Source of the DNA: Nitrosopumilus sp.
GTDB lineage: Archaea > Thermoproteota > Nitrososphaeria > Nitrososphaerales > Nitrosopumilaceae
Assembly: GCA_965218695.1 (NCBI GenBank)
Contig: OZ244651.1
Span: 1,632,001-1,696,000, forward strand
DNA: 64,000 nt
Reading direction: 5' to 3'
Below the pieces are notes generated by a model. That model searched no databases and was not told where the DNA came from. It worked only from the letters and a program-made list of their open reading frames with translations. Below, piece after piece: positions 20,617 to 31,226 of the stretch (the first letter of the stretch is position 1; each line of letters starts with the position of its first letter). The position numbers and the translations under genes were made by a program.

Positions 20617-22161
20617 GTATGAATTCACCTGTCCTTCCTGTCACAAAAAAATGATCATACTGATCCATATGCTGGCAATACACATCACTTTACATGGTAA
20701 ATTCACGGCACATGAGCAGGGACCAGCTAAAAGAGGAACTCCTAGCACGGAACCGGGAGATTGCCACCCTCAAATCCGATCTTGAGAAGGCACTTGGCAG
20801 GATAGAACGTCTTGAAAGGGCCTTGGGGTACAGCGAACGCCTCATGACATACTATACAAACCCCAACACGCCGCCCTCATCTGAATCCCTGGAATGGAAG
20901 GCCCAGAAGAGGGAGCGGGCAAAAAAACAGGAAAAGGAGGGCAAATCCAAGCGCGGGGGAAGAAAGGGACACGCGGGGGCGTCGCGCCCCCACGACCCGG
21001 AAAGGACCGTATCCCACAGGTTCGGGCGCAGGAAGTCGGGCAGGAGGCGGGTGCCGGTGCTCCCGGAATGCGGGTGCGGCGGCGGCGGCGGCCGGATGGC
21101 GATTGGCAGTCCGCGCGTGCGGGACATCACGGACATCAGGGTGACTGCGTGCGAGACGCGGCACCGCGTGGAGACTGCAGTATGCGGCTCATGCGGCCGC
21201 AGGGAAGATGCTCCAAACGACCTGCCGCGGCGGGGCAACTTCGGCAAGGGCATGGTCGGACTCGTCTCAGAACTGCGCGCGGCACGGGTGCCGCTCAAGG
21301 GAATCTCGGTCGCGGTGCGCTCCATAACGGGCATTATGCTTGCAGGATCCACCGTCAACAACATCATGGCACGCGTCGGGGACGCCTCGGGCCACGAGGC
21401 AGGCAGGATCCTCGGGGAAGTGGAGGCTTCTGACTGTGCCGGGTTTGACGAAACCAGCTGGCGAAACGACGGCCAGAAGGTACACGCAAACGTGGCACAG
21501 TCGGGCAAAAACATCGCAATAAACATCAGCCAGAGCAGGGCCACGCTCATGCTCGATGCCATGGACAAATTTGACGGGGTGGCGATAACTGACGGGTACA
21601 ACGGATATGACAGGTTTGACAAGGACGGCATGCACCAGTCGTGCTGGGCGCACGACCTCCGGCAGACAAGGCACCTGGCAGAAAAATACTGCGCCGTGCC
21701 TCCCGAGACCAAACGTGTCCGGCGGCGGCAGCAGCAGCTCCACGAGGACCACAAGTGGGTGTTTGAGAGGGCAAAACTGCTGGCCGCGCAGGAGGCGCGC
21801 TCGCCACAGCTGCGGCATACGATGAACCGCACCATGCAGGACGTGCTTGACCGGTACCGCGATGCCGGTGGTGGTGGTGACGATGACGACATGCAAAAGG
21901 TGCTGGACAAGCTCGAGAGGCACCTGCACCGCATGTTTGCGTTCCTGGAGCATCCCGGCGTCGAGCCTACAAACAACGCCAGCGAGAGGGCGCTGCGCTA
22001 CCTGGTGGTGTTCCGCAAGATAAGCGGGCAGACCAAGGGCGGCTCCAAGGCCATGAAGCGCCTTGCAGATTTTGTCACGTGCGTCCTCACGTGGAGGGCA
22101 CATGGCAAGAGCGTGGCCGAAGAAGTTGGTCGACTGATATAAGGGGCAGGTGAATTCATAC
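20617..22161 (+). mobile_element. Complete single-ORF IS66, copy 1 (1545 bp)
   Basis: TIR GTATGAATTCACCTG / CAGGTGAATTCATAC; 8-bp TSD TGGGAGCG (20609-20616, 22162-22169). Confidence 0.96.
20694..22142 (+). CDS. IS66 transposase
   Basis: GFDETSW, ITDGY, QSCWAHD, PTNNASERALR. Confidence 0.93.
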   Translation: MVNSRHMSRDQLKEELLARNREIATLKSDLEKALGRIERLERALGYSERLMTYYTNPNTPPSSESLEWKAQKRERAKKQEKEGKSKRGGRKGHAGASRPHDPERTVSHRFGRRKSGRRRVPVLPECGCGGGGGRMAIGSPRVRDITDIRVTACETRHRVETAVCGSCGRREDAPNDLPRRGNFGKGMVGLVSELRAARVPLKGISVAVRSITGIMLAGSTVNNIMARVGDASGHEAGRILGEVEASDCAGFDETSWRNDGQKVHANVAQSGKNIAINISQSRATLMLDAMDKFDGVAITDGYNGYDRFDKDGMHQSCWAHDLRQTRHLAEKYCAVPPETKRVRRRQQQLHEDHKWVFERAKLLAAQEARSPQLRHTMNRTMQDVLDRYRDAGGGGDDDDMQKVLDKLERHLHRMFAFLEHPGVEPTNNASERALRYLVVFRKISGQTKGGSKAMKRLADFVTCVLTWRAHGKSVAEEVGRLI

Positions 22162-23204
22162 TGGGAGCGTTCGTCAAGGCTTATCTCGAATGGGTTCCCC
22201 GCATGAGACCAGTTCGCCAGCATAAGCCGCCGCCGGAATGGCACGGGACGGTTTTGCAGGCACGGTGGAACCTAAAAATGCCTTGTTATTCCGATGGACC
22301 CCTTTAGACCCGCTTCCACTGTGGGTTCGGGTCCTTTTTGGCTCCCCGATGTAGGGATGCCGGAGGATCCGTCCACTCTTGTCAGTCCGCGTTTCTCTCC
22401 GGCACGACCTTGCCGCTTGGCAGGTTGCCCACGAACCGGCATTCCGATCCTGTCAGGGTCTCTGCGCGCGCGTCGTCTGCCACGACCTGGCTGCCTAACC
22501 TGTCTTGCCGGCGCTTTTAGCGCCTCTAGCACGCAGCCAAGCTGCTCCGGTGTTGTGTTCTCGATGATCTGCTGGCACCGGTTCCTGCAGGAGAGTATGA
22601 TTTTGGCCGTCAAGGAATGTTTTGGGCAGATATTGTCGTGACGGTCACGCCGCATCAAGCATCTTGCCACGATTCGGTTGCCCAACGTTCAAGATTCAAA
22701 GCCGTTGTGGCATGTAATGGTTGCAACCACGAGGGATCCGGCCGCCGGAACCGGAAAAGGTCACGGGGGGGGGAACAAAATGAATGACTGGCTACGTTGG
22801 AATTAGCCAGACATTCACACATGAAAAAAGAGGGAGAGGTATTGTAGGGGCCCCTCCCAGAGGCCTTTTGCCGTCGTTTTTCGTGAAATACGTAAGGAAT
22901 CTGCGTCCATGGGACTAGAATTCTTTTAGACTCGGCCTACGGTAACTTGGCAGCTTGGATAGCTCCATTCACCAGAGGCCTTTGCAGTCATTCGTAATCA
23001 GGTGTTAGTCTATCACATCACCTTGTTCCATGCTTATCCGTGTTTTTTGAGTATTTAGCAAACGCGTATACACTGCAAGACAGTGCACGCGTATCAATCC
23101 TGTACAATTCCATACTTTTCTGATCGTGATCTCAGACACAGCTACTTGCCTAGTGTGCAGCACACGCATTAGAATAATTAATATTCTACTCATCCACATC
23201 TACG

Positions 23205-23798
23205 ATGACGGATGATTTGATATCTTCAAAAAAACAGCCCCGCGTCTTGCGAAAAAATGCAACCCAGAGCATAACATATCGTCTTCCCCAAAAATTAGTG
23301 GAAGAGCTGGAAGCCGAAGCCACACAAAAGGGCATCTCCCAAAATGTTTTGGTGCGACAAATTCTTGCCAAGTATGTCCGTTGGGACAGGTTCGCAGGCA
23401 GGATGGATATGGTTCCGGTGCCCAAGGTAGTCATGGATTTGTTATGTGAGAAATTGGATAATCGCGATATCGATAAAATGGTCAGCGACGTATTTCCAGT
23501 GATCATGAGCTCTGTCATGTTTATTAAAGGCGGGTATGATCTCAAGAGATGCATCGAGACCCTTGAAGACTATATGAAATCGTCTGGGGTAAAATCTGAT
23601 CATCGGGTAGAGGGTAATGTTCATTCGTTTATCATCCAGCACGAGTTGGGAATACACTGGTCTGTATTTACAGAACGGGTTTTGACCCAAATGTTTCGCA
23701 GTTTTCTACCCGAGAAAGACCTCAAATTCCAGACCACCGAATCGACTCTAATCCTATCCGTATCATTGGGCGCGGATTTTGACGAGCATGAGTATTAA
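23205..23798 (+). CDS. Conserved thaumarchaeal protein with N-terminal ribbon-helix-helix
   Basis: SITYRLPQKLVEELEAEATQKGISQNVLVRQIL is a CopG/RHH pattern. Confidence 0.75.
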   Translation: MTDDLISSKKQPRVLRKNATQSITYRLPQKLVEELEAEATQKGISQNVLVRQILAKYVRWDRFAGRMDMVPVPKVVMDLLCEKLDNRDIDKMVSDVFPVIMSSVMFIKGGYDLKRCIETLEDYMKSSGVKSDHRVEGNVHSFIIQHELGIHWSVFTERVLTQMFRSFLPEKDLKFQTTESTLILSVSLGADFDEHEY

Positions 23799-24154
23799 AT
23801 CCAAGATTCAGGCAGTCATTTGAAATACGTTTTCTCATTGTTCTCTGTGGCACTTGCCGTGACTGCCAATCTTGCGCTAGGCCACGACGCAGGGACGGGT
23901 GTTTCTTTTGCAGATCGCCGGGGGATTGTCCGACCCGTAGCGTGCGCCTGACTGCGCCCAAGCGGCATGGTTCTTGAACAAGATAATCCTCAGCACGGAG
24001 GGAGATAGGTTCAGTGCAGAGCGGCCTTACGCGTTCTCAAGCACGTACTCCAGCGCCGCCTTGAATTCCCCTATGGTGATCTCCCCCTAGGGGTATCGCT
24101 GTCTTGCAGTCATCATGGCAACACACCTGCCGCGTTGGCTTTAGATGGCGGTAA

Positions 24155-27100
24155 TCAGTCAGTCACGTTGATTGTCACGTTCTGCGTGGTGGTAACGCTG
24201 TTTCCATATATGTCGCTTACAGTCCAGGTTAGCACCGTGGTGCCCTCATGGAATCCGGTCAGGACGTCACCGGTGCTTAAACGGTTAGAATCTACTCTTT
24301 CAGGAATGCGTACCGGAACTCCGTCCAGGGTGCCGGTGTACGTGAATGTGAGCGACTTGCCGTCGGCTACAGAGAAGTCAAAGGCAGTGGGTGCTCCAAA
24401 GTCGCCGATATAGTACAGTCCGTCGGCGATGCGTGGCAGCGTTATGTTAAATGCAGGAGCTGGTGCGGTGATTACGGGCGGTGCGCGGTCAAAGACCAGG
24501 ATGAGTCTAGTGAGAGTGTCGGTGTTGCCCTCATCGTCGGTACAGGAGTATGATACCTGTGTCAGTCCCGCCTTGCTCGTGTCCAGCTGGCTAGTATCAA
24601 CAGTGACGCTTGAAGTTATGTCGATCTCTACGGGGAATTGACTGCCAACAGGCACCTTTCGGTCATGGCACGTTGCGCCCTTGTCCACGTAGACGCCTCC
24701 AAGCTCAACGTACGGATCCCCTTTTGAGGGGTCCGGCTGGTCGGGGGTATCATTGAAGTTGTGAGATCCTATCATTCGGACTATCGGGGAATAGTCCTGT
24801 GGTTTGAACTCTTGATCCGAAGTCGGGCTTACTGTATAAACGGAGTCGGTTTCAGGAACATTGTCAGTAAGCAGGTTGTTGGCCTTGTCCCGGATATCAT
24901 GTCCTGATGACTTTAAGTCAAGATCAAAGGTGCCGCCGGTGCCTGCATCGACGGTGACATCATACATGGCACCAGAGCCGAATGCGGGAGTAACGCTTGA
25001 GACAGAGCCCGTCCCCGTGCCTGACAGCTCAAAGTCACTACTGTCTACGCCGGTCACATCCTCGCTGAAGGTGACGCGGAACACTATGGAATCTGCGATG
25101 AAACTCTCGCCTAGGAAGGTCTGTCCTGCGATCGAGGTCAGGGCAGGCGGGATGGAATCGTCGTCGATGAATATCGTGACGGTGTCCTGGTCCCTTCCGC
25201 CGTCATTGTCAGTAACCGTAAGGGTGAACACGACTTCCTGGTCTGACGTGACCTGCGGGGAGGTAAACGTCGGAGACGACGTGTCATTAGCGTTGAGCGT
25301 CACGGACGGGCCGCTGGTGTGTTCCCACAGGTATGCCAGGATGGTACCGTCATTATCAAAGGAGCCGGTGCCGTCTAGAATGACAGGGACAAGCTCGCTT
25401 ACCGTCTGGTCCTGGCCTGCATCGGCAGTAGGCGGTTGGTTGGGGTCGGTGACCGATATGGAAAGGTCTGCGGCAGTCTCGACGGGGTTGTCGGCAGTAT
25501 CAAAGACTGCGCCCGCCTCGATGTCAAGCTGCTGGATGTCCAGTATGTTGACTGCGATCCTCTGGGCGTCTACAAGTTTTACCGTAAGGGTGCTGCCGGA
25601 GACTGACTGGGAGGAGGCACCGCTCAGGGTGACGCCGTCTGAGGACTGACCCTGTTCCCGGATGTGCAGCTTTTCAAGATCAACAGCATCCGAGATCGGC
25701 TCGCTGAAGGCCACGTTGAGGATGCCGGTGATGGTGTGGTACGCGGCGTGATCAAAGACTGGCAGAATCGTGTCGTTGACGGTGATTGACTGGTCTTCGG
25801 CAGCCGCAATCGGGTTGCCGGCAGCGTCAAAGACTGCGCCCGCCTCGATGTCAAGCTGCGGTGTTGCAATGTCGTTGACTGCGATCCTCTGGGCGTCTAC
25901 AAGGATTACCGTAAGGGTGCTGCCGGAGACTGACTGGGAGGATGAGGCGTCGCTCAGGGTGACGCCGTCCGAGGACTGGCCCTGTTCCCGGACGTGCAGC
26001 TTTGAGAGATCAACAGTATCCGAGACCGGCTCGCTGAAGGCCACGTTGAGGATGCCTTCCCCGGTGCTGTATGCAGCAGAGCTAAAGACCAGCGCTGTCC
26101 CGTCGGTAACCGATATGAGCCTGTCTGTGGTGGCTGCAATCGGGTTGCCGGAGGTGTCGGAGATGGCACCAGTATCAACGTCAAGCTGGGGGGTGCCCAT
26201 GACGTTGACGGTGTCCCTTTGTGCGGTGGAAAGCGTCACGGCAAGGGTGTTGCCGGAGGCCGACTGCAGGAAGGCGCCAGTCATGTTGACACCGCCCGAG
26301 GACTGGCCCGGTTCCCGAACGTGCAGCTTTGAGAGGTCGGCATCGTCTGTGACCGGCTCGCTGAGGGTCATGTTGAGGATGCCGGTAAGGGTATGATATG
26401 TGACAGAACCGAGGACTGGCGGAATCGTGTCGTTGACGGTGATCGGCAGGTCTTCAGCAGCCGCAATCAGGTTGCCGGAGGTGTCAGAGACGGCGCCTGC
26501 ACCAACGTCAATCTGGGGGGCCGTCATTGCGTTGACGGCGTTCTTTTGTACTGTAGGAAGAGTTACGGTAAGGGTGCTGCCTGTGATGGACAGTGATGTA
26601 ACGCCTGCCAGGGTGGTGCCGCCTGAGGACTGACCCTGTTCCCGGACGTGCAGCTTTGAGAGGTCGACGGTAGTGGAGATCGGCTCGCTGAAGGTCACGC
26701 GGAGGACGCCAGATATGGTGCTGTATGCCGAAGAGCTTAGGGTGGGTGCTGTCCCGTCGGTAACTGATATGGGCAGGTCTTCGGCGGCCACAATGGGATT
26801 GTCGGAGGTGTCGGATACGGCACCCGCGTCAACGTCAATCTGGGGCGTGCCCATGGCGTTGACGGTGTTCTTCTGGGACGTGGAAAGCTCGACTGCGAGG
26901 GTGCTGTCAGAGACTGACTGGGAGGATGCGCCGGTCATGTTGACACCGCCTGTGGACTGGCCCTGTTCTCGAATGTGAATCTTTGAGGGGTCGACGGTGG
27001 TGGAGATCGGCTCGCTGAAGGTCACGTTGAGACTGCCGGTAAGGGTGTGGTATGCGGCATAATCAAAGACAGGAGGAATCGTGTAGTAGACGGTAATGGG

Positions 27101-30100
27101 ACGGTCTGCAGCAGCAGTAATCCTGCTGCTATAAATGTCAGAGATGGCGCCCGCGTCGATGTCAAGCTGCGGGGTCGTCATGGCGTTGACTGCGTCCTTT
27201 TGTGAGGTGGAAAGCGTTACGGTGAGGGTGCTGCCGGAGACTGACAGGAAGGTAACTCCGGTCATGGTGACTCCGCCCGAGAACCGGCCTTGGTCTCGGA
27301 CGTGCAGCTTTGAGAGGTCGGCGGTAGCGGAGATTGGTTCGTTGAAGGTCACGTTGAGGATGCCTGTTCCGGTGCTGTATGTCGCAGAGACGAGGTTGGG
27401 CGCTGCCCCGTCGGTGACTATTATGGGCAGGTCTGCTGTGGCGGCGATTCCGTTGCCGGCAACGTCAGAGACTGCGCCGGTCTCAACGTCAAGCTGCGGG
27501 GTGTCCAGGGCATTGGCCGTGTTCTTCTGGGGTGTGGAAAGTTCGACTGTGAGGGTGCTGTTAGAGACTGACTGGGACGAGGCGCCGGTCAGGTTAATAC
27601 CGCCTGAGAACTGCCACGACTCGCGGACGTGAATCTTTGAGGGGTCAACGGTAGTAGAGATCGGCTCGTTGAAGGTCACGTTGAGAATCCCGGTTATGAT
27701 GTTGTATGTCGCAGAGTCAAAGTCTGGCGCGATTCCGTCAATGATGTCTACGGGGTAATCTATGGTGGCTGCATTCTGGTTGCCAGATTGGCCCGTGAAA
27801 GCACCCTTATCAATGTCAATCTGCGGGGTGCTCATGCCGTCGATTGCGTTCTTTTGGTCGGTGGTAAGTCTTAGTATGTGGTTGCCCTGTCCGTCTCCGC
27901 CCCAAAGAGCGCCTTGCAGGGTAACGCCGACTGTGGGCTGGCCGGCTTCATGGACGCGTATTTTTTCCTGATAAATCTGGGGGCGGAGATGCTCACTGAA
28001 TGTAAAGATGAGCCTGCTGGTTCCTGTATTATATGCAGCAGAGGTGAGGGTTGGCCGGATTGCGTCGTCGGTAACGTCTATGTGCTGATCCATGACGAGC
28101 GCAATCATGTTGTCGGCAGTGTCAGAGACTGCGCCGGCCTCAATGTCAAGCTGCGGGGTGTCCAAGGCGTTGACCGTGTTCTTTTGGGACGTGGAAAGTT
28201 CGACTGTGAGGGTGCTGCCCGATACTGACTGGTCGGTGGCGCCGGTCAGGGTGGCGCCGGTCAGGGTGGCGCCGCCCGAGGTCTGGCCGGAGTCGCGGAC
28301 GTGCAGCTTTGAGAGGTCGGCGGTATCGGAGATCGGCTCGCTGAAGGTCACGTTGAGGATGCCTGTTCCGGTGCTGTATGCTGCGGAGCTGAATGTGGGT
28401 GCTGCCCCGTCAGTGATTAATATGGACTGGTCTGCGGCGGCGGCGATTCCGTTGGTGGCAGTGTCGGTGACGGCGCCGGCCTCAATGTCAAGCTGCGGTG
28501 TGCCCAGGGCGTTGACCGTGTTCTGTTGGGACGTGGAAAGTTCGACTGTGAGTGTGCTGCCTGAGACTGACTGAGACGAGGCGCCGGTCAGGGTGGCGCC
28601 GCCTGATGACAGGCCGGAGTCGCGGATGTGCAGCTTTGAGAGGTCGGCGGTAGCGGAGATTGGTTCGTTGAAGGTCACGTTGAGGATGCCTGTTCCGGTA
28701 TTGTATGTTGCAGAATAAAGGACTGGCAGAGTATCGTCGACTAGGGTGATGGACAGGTCTGCCATAGCTGCAATCGGATTGTTGGAGGTGTCGGAGACCG
28801 CACCTGCATCGATGTCAATCTGGTGGGTGTCCAAGGCGTTGATTGCGTCCCTATGGACAGCATCAAGGCTTATCCTAAGAAGATTGCCAAGGACGTCATG
28901 GTGGGTGGCACTGGACATGTTAACGCCACCTGAGGACTTGCCTGATTCGCGGACATGCAGCTTTGAGAGGTCCGCGGGGGTGGAGATCGACTCGCTGAAG
29001 GTCACGGCGAGGTTGCCTGTTCCGATGTTGTATGCGGCAGAAGCAAATGTTGGCAAAACCGTGTCAGTGACGACGGTTGTTTCACCGACAAGTGATATTG
29101 TTTGGTCTGCGACAGCGTCGATTTCGTTGGTGGCAGTGTCGGAGACTGCGCCGGCCTCAATGTCAAGCTGCGGTGTGCCCAGGGCGTTGACCGTGTTCTG
29201 TTGGGACGTGGAAAGTTCAACTGTGAGGGTGCTGCCTGATACTGACTGGTCGGTGGCGCCGGTCAGGGTGGCGCCGCCCGAGGTCTGGCCGGAGTCGCGG
29301 ACATGCAGCTTTGAGAGGTCCGCGGGGGTGGAGATCGACTCGCTGAAGGTCACGGCGAGGTTGCCTGTTCCGATGTTGTATGCGGCAGAAGCAAATGTTG
29401 GCAAAACCGTGTCAGTGACGACGGTTGTTTCACCGACAAGTGATATTGTTTGGTCTGCGACAGCGTCGATTTCGTTGGTGGCAGTGTCGGAGACTGCGCC
29501 GGCCTCAATGTCAAGCTGCGGTGTGCCCAGGGCGTTGACCGTGTTCTGTTGGGACGTGGAAAGTTCAACTGTGAGGGTGCTGCCTGATACTGACTGGTCG
29601 GTGGCGCCGGTCAGGGTGGCGCCGCCCGAGGTCTGGCCGGAGTCGCGGACATGCAGCTTTGAGAGGTCCGCGGGGGTGGAGATCGACTCGCTGAAGGTCA
29701 CGGCGAGGTTGCCTGTTCCGATGTTGTATGCGGCAGAAGCAAATGTTGGCAAAACCGTGTCAGTGACGACGGTTGTTTCACCGACAAGTGATATTGTTTG
29801 GTCTGCGACAGCGTCGATTTCGTTGGTGGCAGTGTCGGAGACTGCGCCGGCCTCAATGTCAAGCTGCGGTGTGCCCAGGGCGTTGACCGTGTTCTGTTGG
29901 GACGTGGAAAGTTCAACTGTGAGGGTGCTGCCTGATACTGACTGGTCGGTGGCGCCGGTCAGGGTGGCGCCGCCCGAGGTCTGGCCGGAGTCGCGGACAT
30001 GCAGCTTTGAGAGGTCCGCGGGGGTGGAGATCGACTCGCTGAAGGTCACGGCGAGGTTGCCTGTTCCGATGTTGTATGCGGCAGAAGCAAATGTTGGCAA

Positions 30101-31174
30101 AACCGTGTCAGTGACGACGGTTGTTTCACCGACAAGTGATATTGTTTGGTCTGCGACAGCGTCGATTTCGTTGGTGGCAGTGTCGGAGACTGCGCCGGCC
30201 TCAATGTCAAGCTGGGTAGTCGTCATGGAGTTGACTGTATTCTGCTGGGCAGCAGAAAGTCTCACCGTAAGGGTGCCGACTGAGACCGGCTGGGGGATGG
30301 CGTTGGTCAGGGTGACGCCGCCTGATGACAGGCCGGACTCGCGGATGTGCAGCTTTGAGAGTTTGGTGTCAGCACCGTAGATTGGCTCGCCGAATGTAAT
30401 TCTGAGTATCCCGGTTTCGGTGTCGTATGTTGCAGAATCAAAGGTCGGCAGGGTTGTGTCATTAATAGTGATAGGCCGGTCTGCGATACCCACGATTCTG
30501 TTGTTACCGGCGTCCAAGACGGCGCCTGCTCTGATGTCAAGCTGTGGGGTCGTCATGGCGTTGACATCATTCTTTTTGGAGTCTGGAAGGAGCAGTTTGA
30601 TGGTGCTGCCGTAGACGGATTGGCTGGAATCTGTCAGGTCAACGCCGCCTGTGGACTGGCCGGACTCGCGGATGTGCAGCTTTGAGAGATCGGTTGTACT
30701 GGAGAGAGGCTCGTTGAGTGTCAGGCTGAGGGTTCCATCAGAGGTAACGTATGCGGCAGAATCAAAGGTTGGCTTGATTGTGTCATTAATAGTGATAGGC
30801 CGGTCTGTGACAGCCACGATTTTGTTGTTACCGGCGTCCGAGACGGCGTCTGCGTCGATGTCAATCTGCGGGGTGATCATGAAGTCAACGTCACTCTGTT
30901 GGGAGACAGAAAGGTTGACTGTGAGGGTGCTGCCGTCGACGGATGTGGAGGTGGCACCCGTCAGGGTGACGCCGCCTGATGACAGGCCGGACTCGCGGAC
31001 GTGCAGCTTTGAGAGGTTAACCGTAGTATCGGAGATTGGCTCGCTGAACGTCATGTCGAGAGCCCCGGTTTCGGGGGTGTATGTGGCAGAGTCGAAGGTG
31101 GGTGGCGTTCCCGAGGACTGTTTAACCAGGATGCTAGGAGAGATGGAGGGCGTCACTTTGGAAAAGAGGCCCAT
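24155..31174 (-). CDS. C-terminal 2339-aa open portion of the surface protein
   Basis: 17 copies of a ~110-116-aa beta-rich unit (PTF.SA.Y...TG.L.VTFSEPI...DLSKLHVR...PQLDI.AGAV.D), then PKD-like PTADAGQDQTV. Confidence 0.88.
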   Translation of the reverse strand: MGLFSKVTPSISPSILVKQSSGTPPTFDSATYTPETGALDMTFSEPISDTTVNLSKLHVRESGLSSGGVTLTGATSTSVDGSTLTVNLSVSQQSDVDFMITPQIDIDADAVSDAGNNKIVAVTDRPITINDTIKPTFDSAAYVTSDGTLSLTLNEPLSSTTDLSKLHIRESGQSTGGVDLTDSSQSVYGSTIKLLLPDSKKNDVNAMTTPQLDIRAGAVLDAGNNRIVGIADRPITINDTTLPTFDSATYDTETGILRITFGEPIYGADTKLSKLHIRESGLSSGGVTLTNAIPQPVSVGTLTVRLSAAQQNTVNSMTTTQLDIEAGAVSDTATNEIDAVADQTISLVGETTVVTDTVLPTFASAAYNIGTGNLAVTFSESISTPADLSKLHVRDSGQTSGGATLTGATDQSVSGSTLTVELSTSQQNTVNALGTPQLDIEAGAVSDTATNEIDAVADQTISLVGETTVVTDTVLPTFASAAYNIGTGNLAVTFSESISTPADLSKLHVRDSGQTSGGATLTGATDQSVSGSTLTVELSTSQQNTVNALGTPQLDIEAGAVSDTATNEIDAVADQTISLVGETTVVTDTVLPTFASAAYNIGTGNLAVTFSESISTPADLSKLHVRDSGQTSGGATLTGATDQSVSGSTLTVELSTSQQNTVNALGTPQLDIEAGAVSDTATNEIDAVADQTISLVGETTVVTDTVLPTFASAAYNIGTGNLAVTFSESISTPADLSKLHVRESGKSSGGVNMSSATHHDVLGNLLRISLDAVHRDAINALDTHQIDIDAGAVSDTSNNPIAAMADLSITLVDDTLPVLYSATYNTGTGILNVTFNEPISATADLSKLHIRDSGLSSGGATLTGASSQSVSGSTLTVELSTSQQNTVNALGTPQLDIEAGAVTDTATNGIAAAADQSILITDGAAPTFSSAAYSTGTGILNVTFSEPISDTADLSKLHVRDSGQTSGGATLTGATLTGATDQSVSGSTLTVELSTSQKNTVNALDTPQLDIEAGAVSDTADNMIALVMDQHIDVTDDAIRPTLTSAAYNTGTSRLIFTFSEHLRPQIYQEKIRVHEAGQPTVGVTLQGALWGGDGQGNHILRLTTDQKNAIDGMSTPQIDIDKGAFTGQSGNQNAATIDYPVDIIDGIAPDFDSATYNIITGILNVTFNEPISTTVDPSKIHVRESWQFSGGINLTGASSQSVSNSTLTVELSTPQKNTANALDTPQLDVETGAVSDVAGNGIAATADLPIIVTDGAAPNLVSATYSTGTGILNVTFNEPISATADLSKLHVRDQGRFSGGVTMTGVTFLSVSGSTLTVTLSTSQKDAVNAMTTPQLDIDAGAISDIYSSRITAAADRPITVYYTIPPVFDYAAYHTLTGSLNVTFSEPISTTVDPSKIHIREQGQSTGGVNMTGASSQSVSDSTLAVELSTSQKNTVNAMGTPQIDVDAGAVSDTSDNPIVAAEDLPISVTDGTAPTLSSSAYSTISGVLRVTFSEPISTTVDLSKLHVREQGQSSGGTTLAGVTSLSITGSTLTVTLPTVQKNAVNAMTAPQIDVGAGAVSDTSGNLIAAAEDLPITVNDTIPPVLGSVTYHTLTGILNMTLSEPVTDDADLSKLHVREPGQSSGGVNMTGAFLQSASGNTLAVTLSTAQRDTVNVMGTPQLDVDTGAISDTSGNPIAATTDRLISVTDGTALVFSSAAYSTGEGILNVAFSEPVSDTVDLSKLHVREQGQSSDGVTLSDASSSQSVSGSTLTVILVDAQRIAVNDIATPQLDIEAGAVFDAAGNPIAAAEDQSITVNDTILPVFDHAAYHTITGILNVAFSEPISDAVDLEKLHIREQGQSSDGVTLSGASSQSVSGSTLTVKLVDAQRIAVNILDIQQLDIEAGAVFDTADNPVETAADLSISVTDPNQPPTADAGQDQTVSELVPVILDGTGSFDNDGTILAYLWEHTSGPSVTLNANDTSSPTFTSPQVTSDQEVVFTLTVTDNDGGRDQDTVTIFIDDDSIPPALTSIAGQTFLGESFIADSIVFRVTFSEDVTGVDSSDFELSGTGTGSVSSVTPAFGSGAMYDVTVDAGTGGTFDLDLKSSGHDIRDKANNLLTDNVPETDSVYTVSPTSDQEFKPQDYSPIVRMIGSHNFNDTPDQPDPSKGDPYVELGGVYVDKGATCHDRKVPVGSQFPVEIDITSSVTVDTSQLDTSKAGLTQVSYSCTDDEGNTDTLTRLILVFDRAPPVITAPAPAFNITLPRIADGLYYIGDFGAPTAFDFSVADGKSLTFTYTGTLDGVPVRIPERVDSNRLSTGDVLTGFHEGTTVLTWTVSDIYGNSVTTTQNVTINVTD
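28947..30214. repeat. 348-bp exact tandem repeat, ~3.6 copies
   Basis: Identical ORFs at 29002, 29350 and 29698; unit equals one 116-aa domain. Confidence 0.95.
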
Positions 31175-31226
31175 CTCCGTGGTGTTGGCAACTATTGTTA
31201 TGTCATAGCTGGATTTGGCGGAATAG

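Noticed and set aside
20290-22700. Group II intron or structured RNA interrupted by IS66 copy 1
   Set aside because: No domain V or RT ORF is recognisable; the region looks more like decayed coding sequence.
22745-23000. Replication origin (G-string and two CCAGAGGCCTTT repeats resembling ORB boxes)
   Set aside because: Poor match to the ORB consensus, no adjacent cdc6/orc1, and no clear unwinding element.
24135-31208. Long + strand ORFs opposite the surface protein (and similar antisense ORFs over core and transposase genes)
   Set aside because: Shadow ORFs caused by GC-rich codon bias; no motifs of their own.
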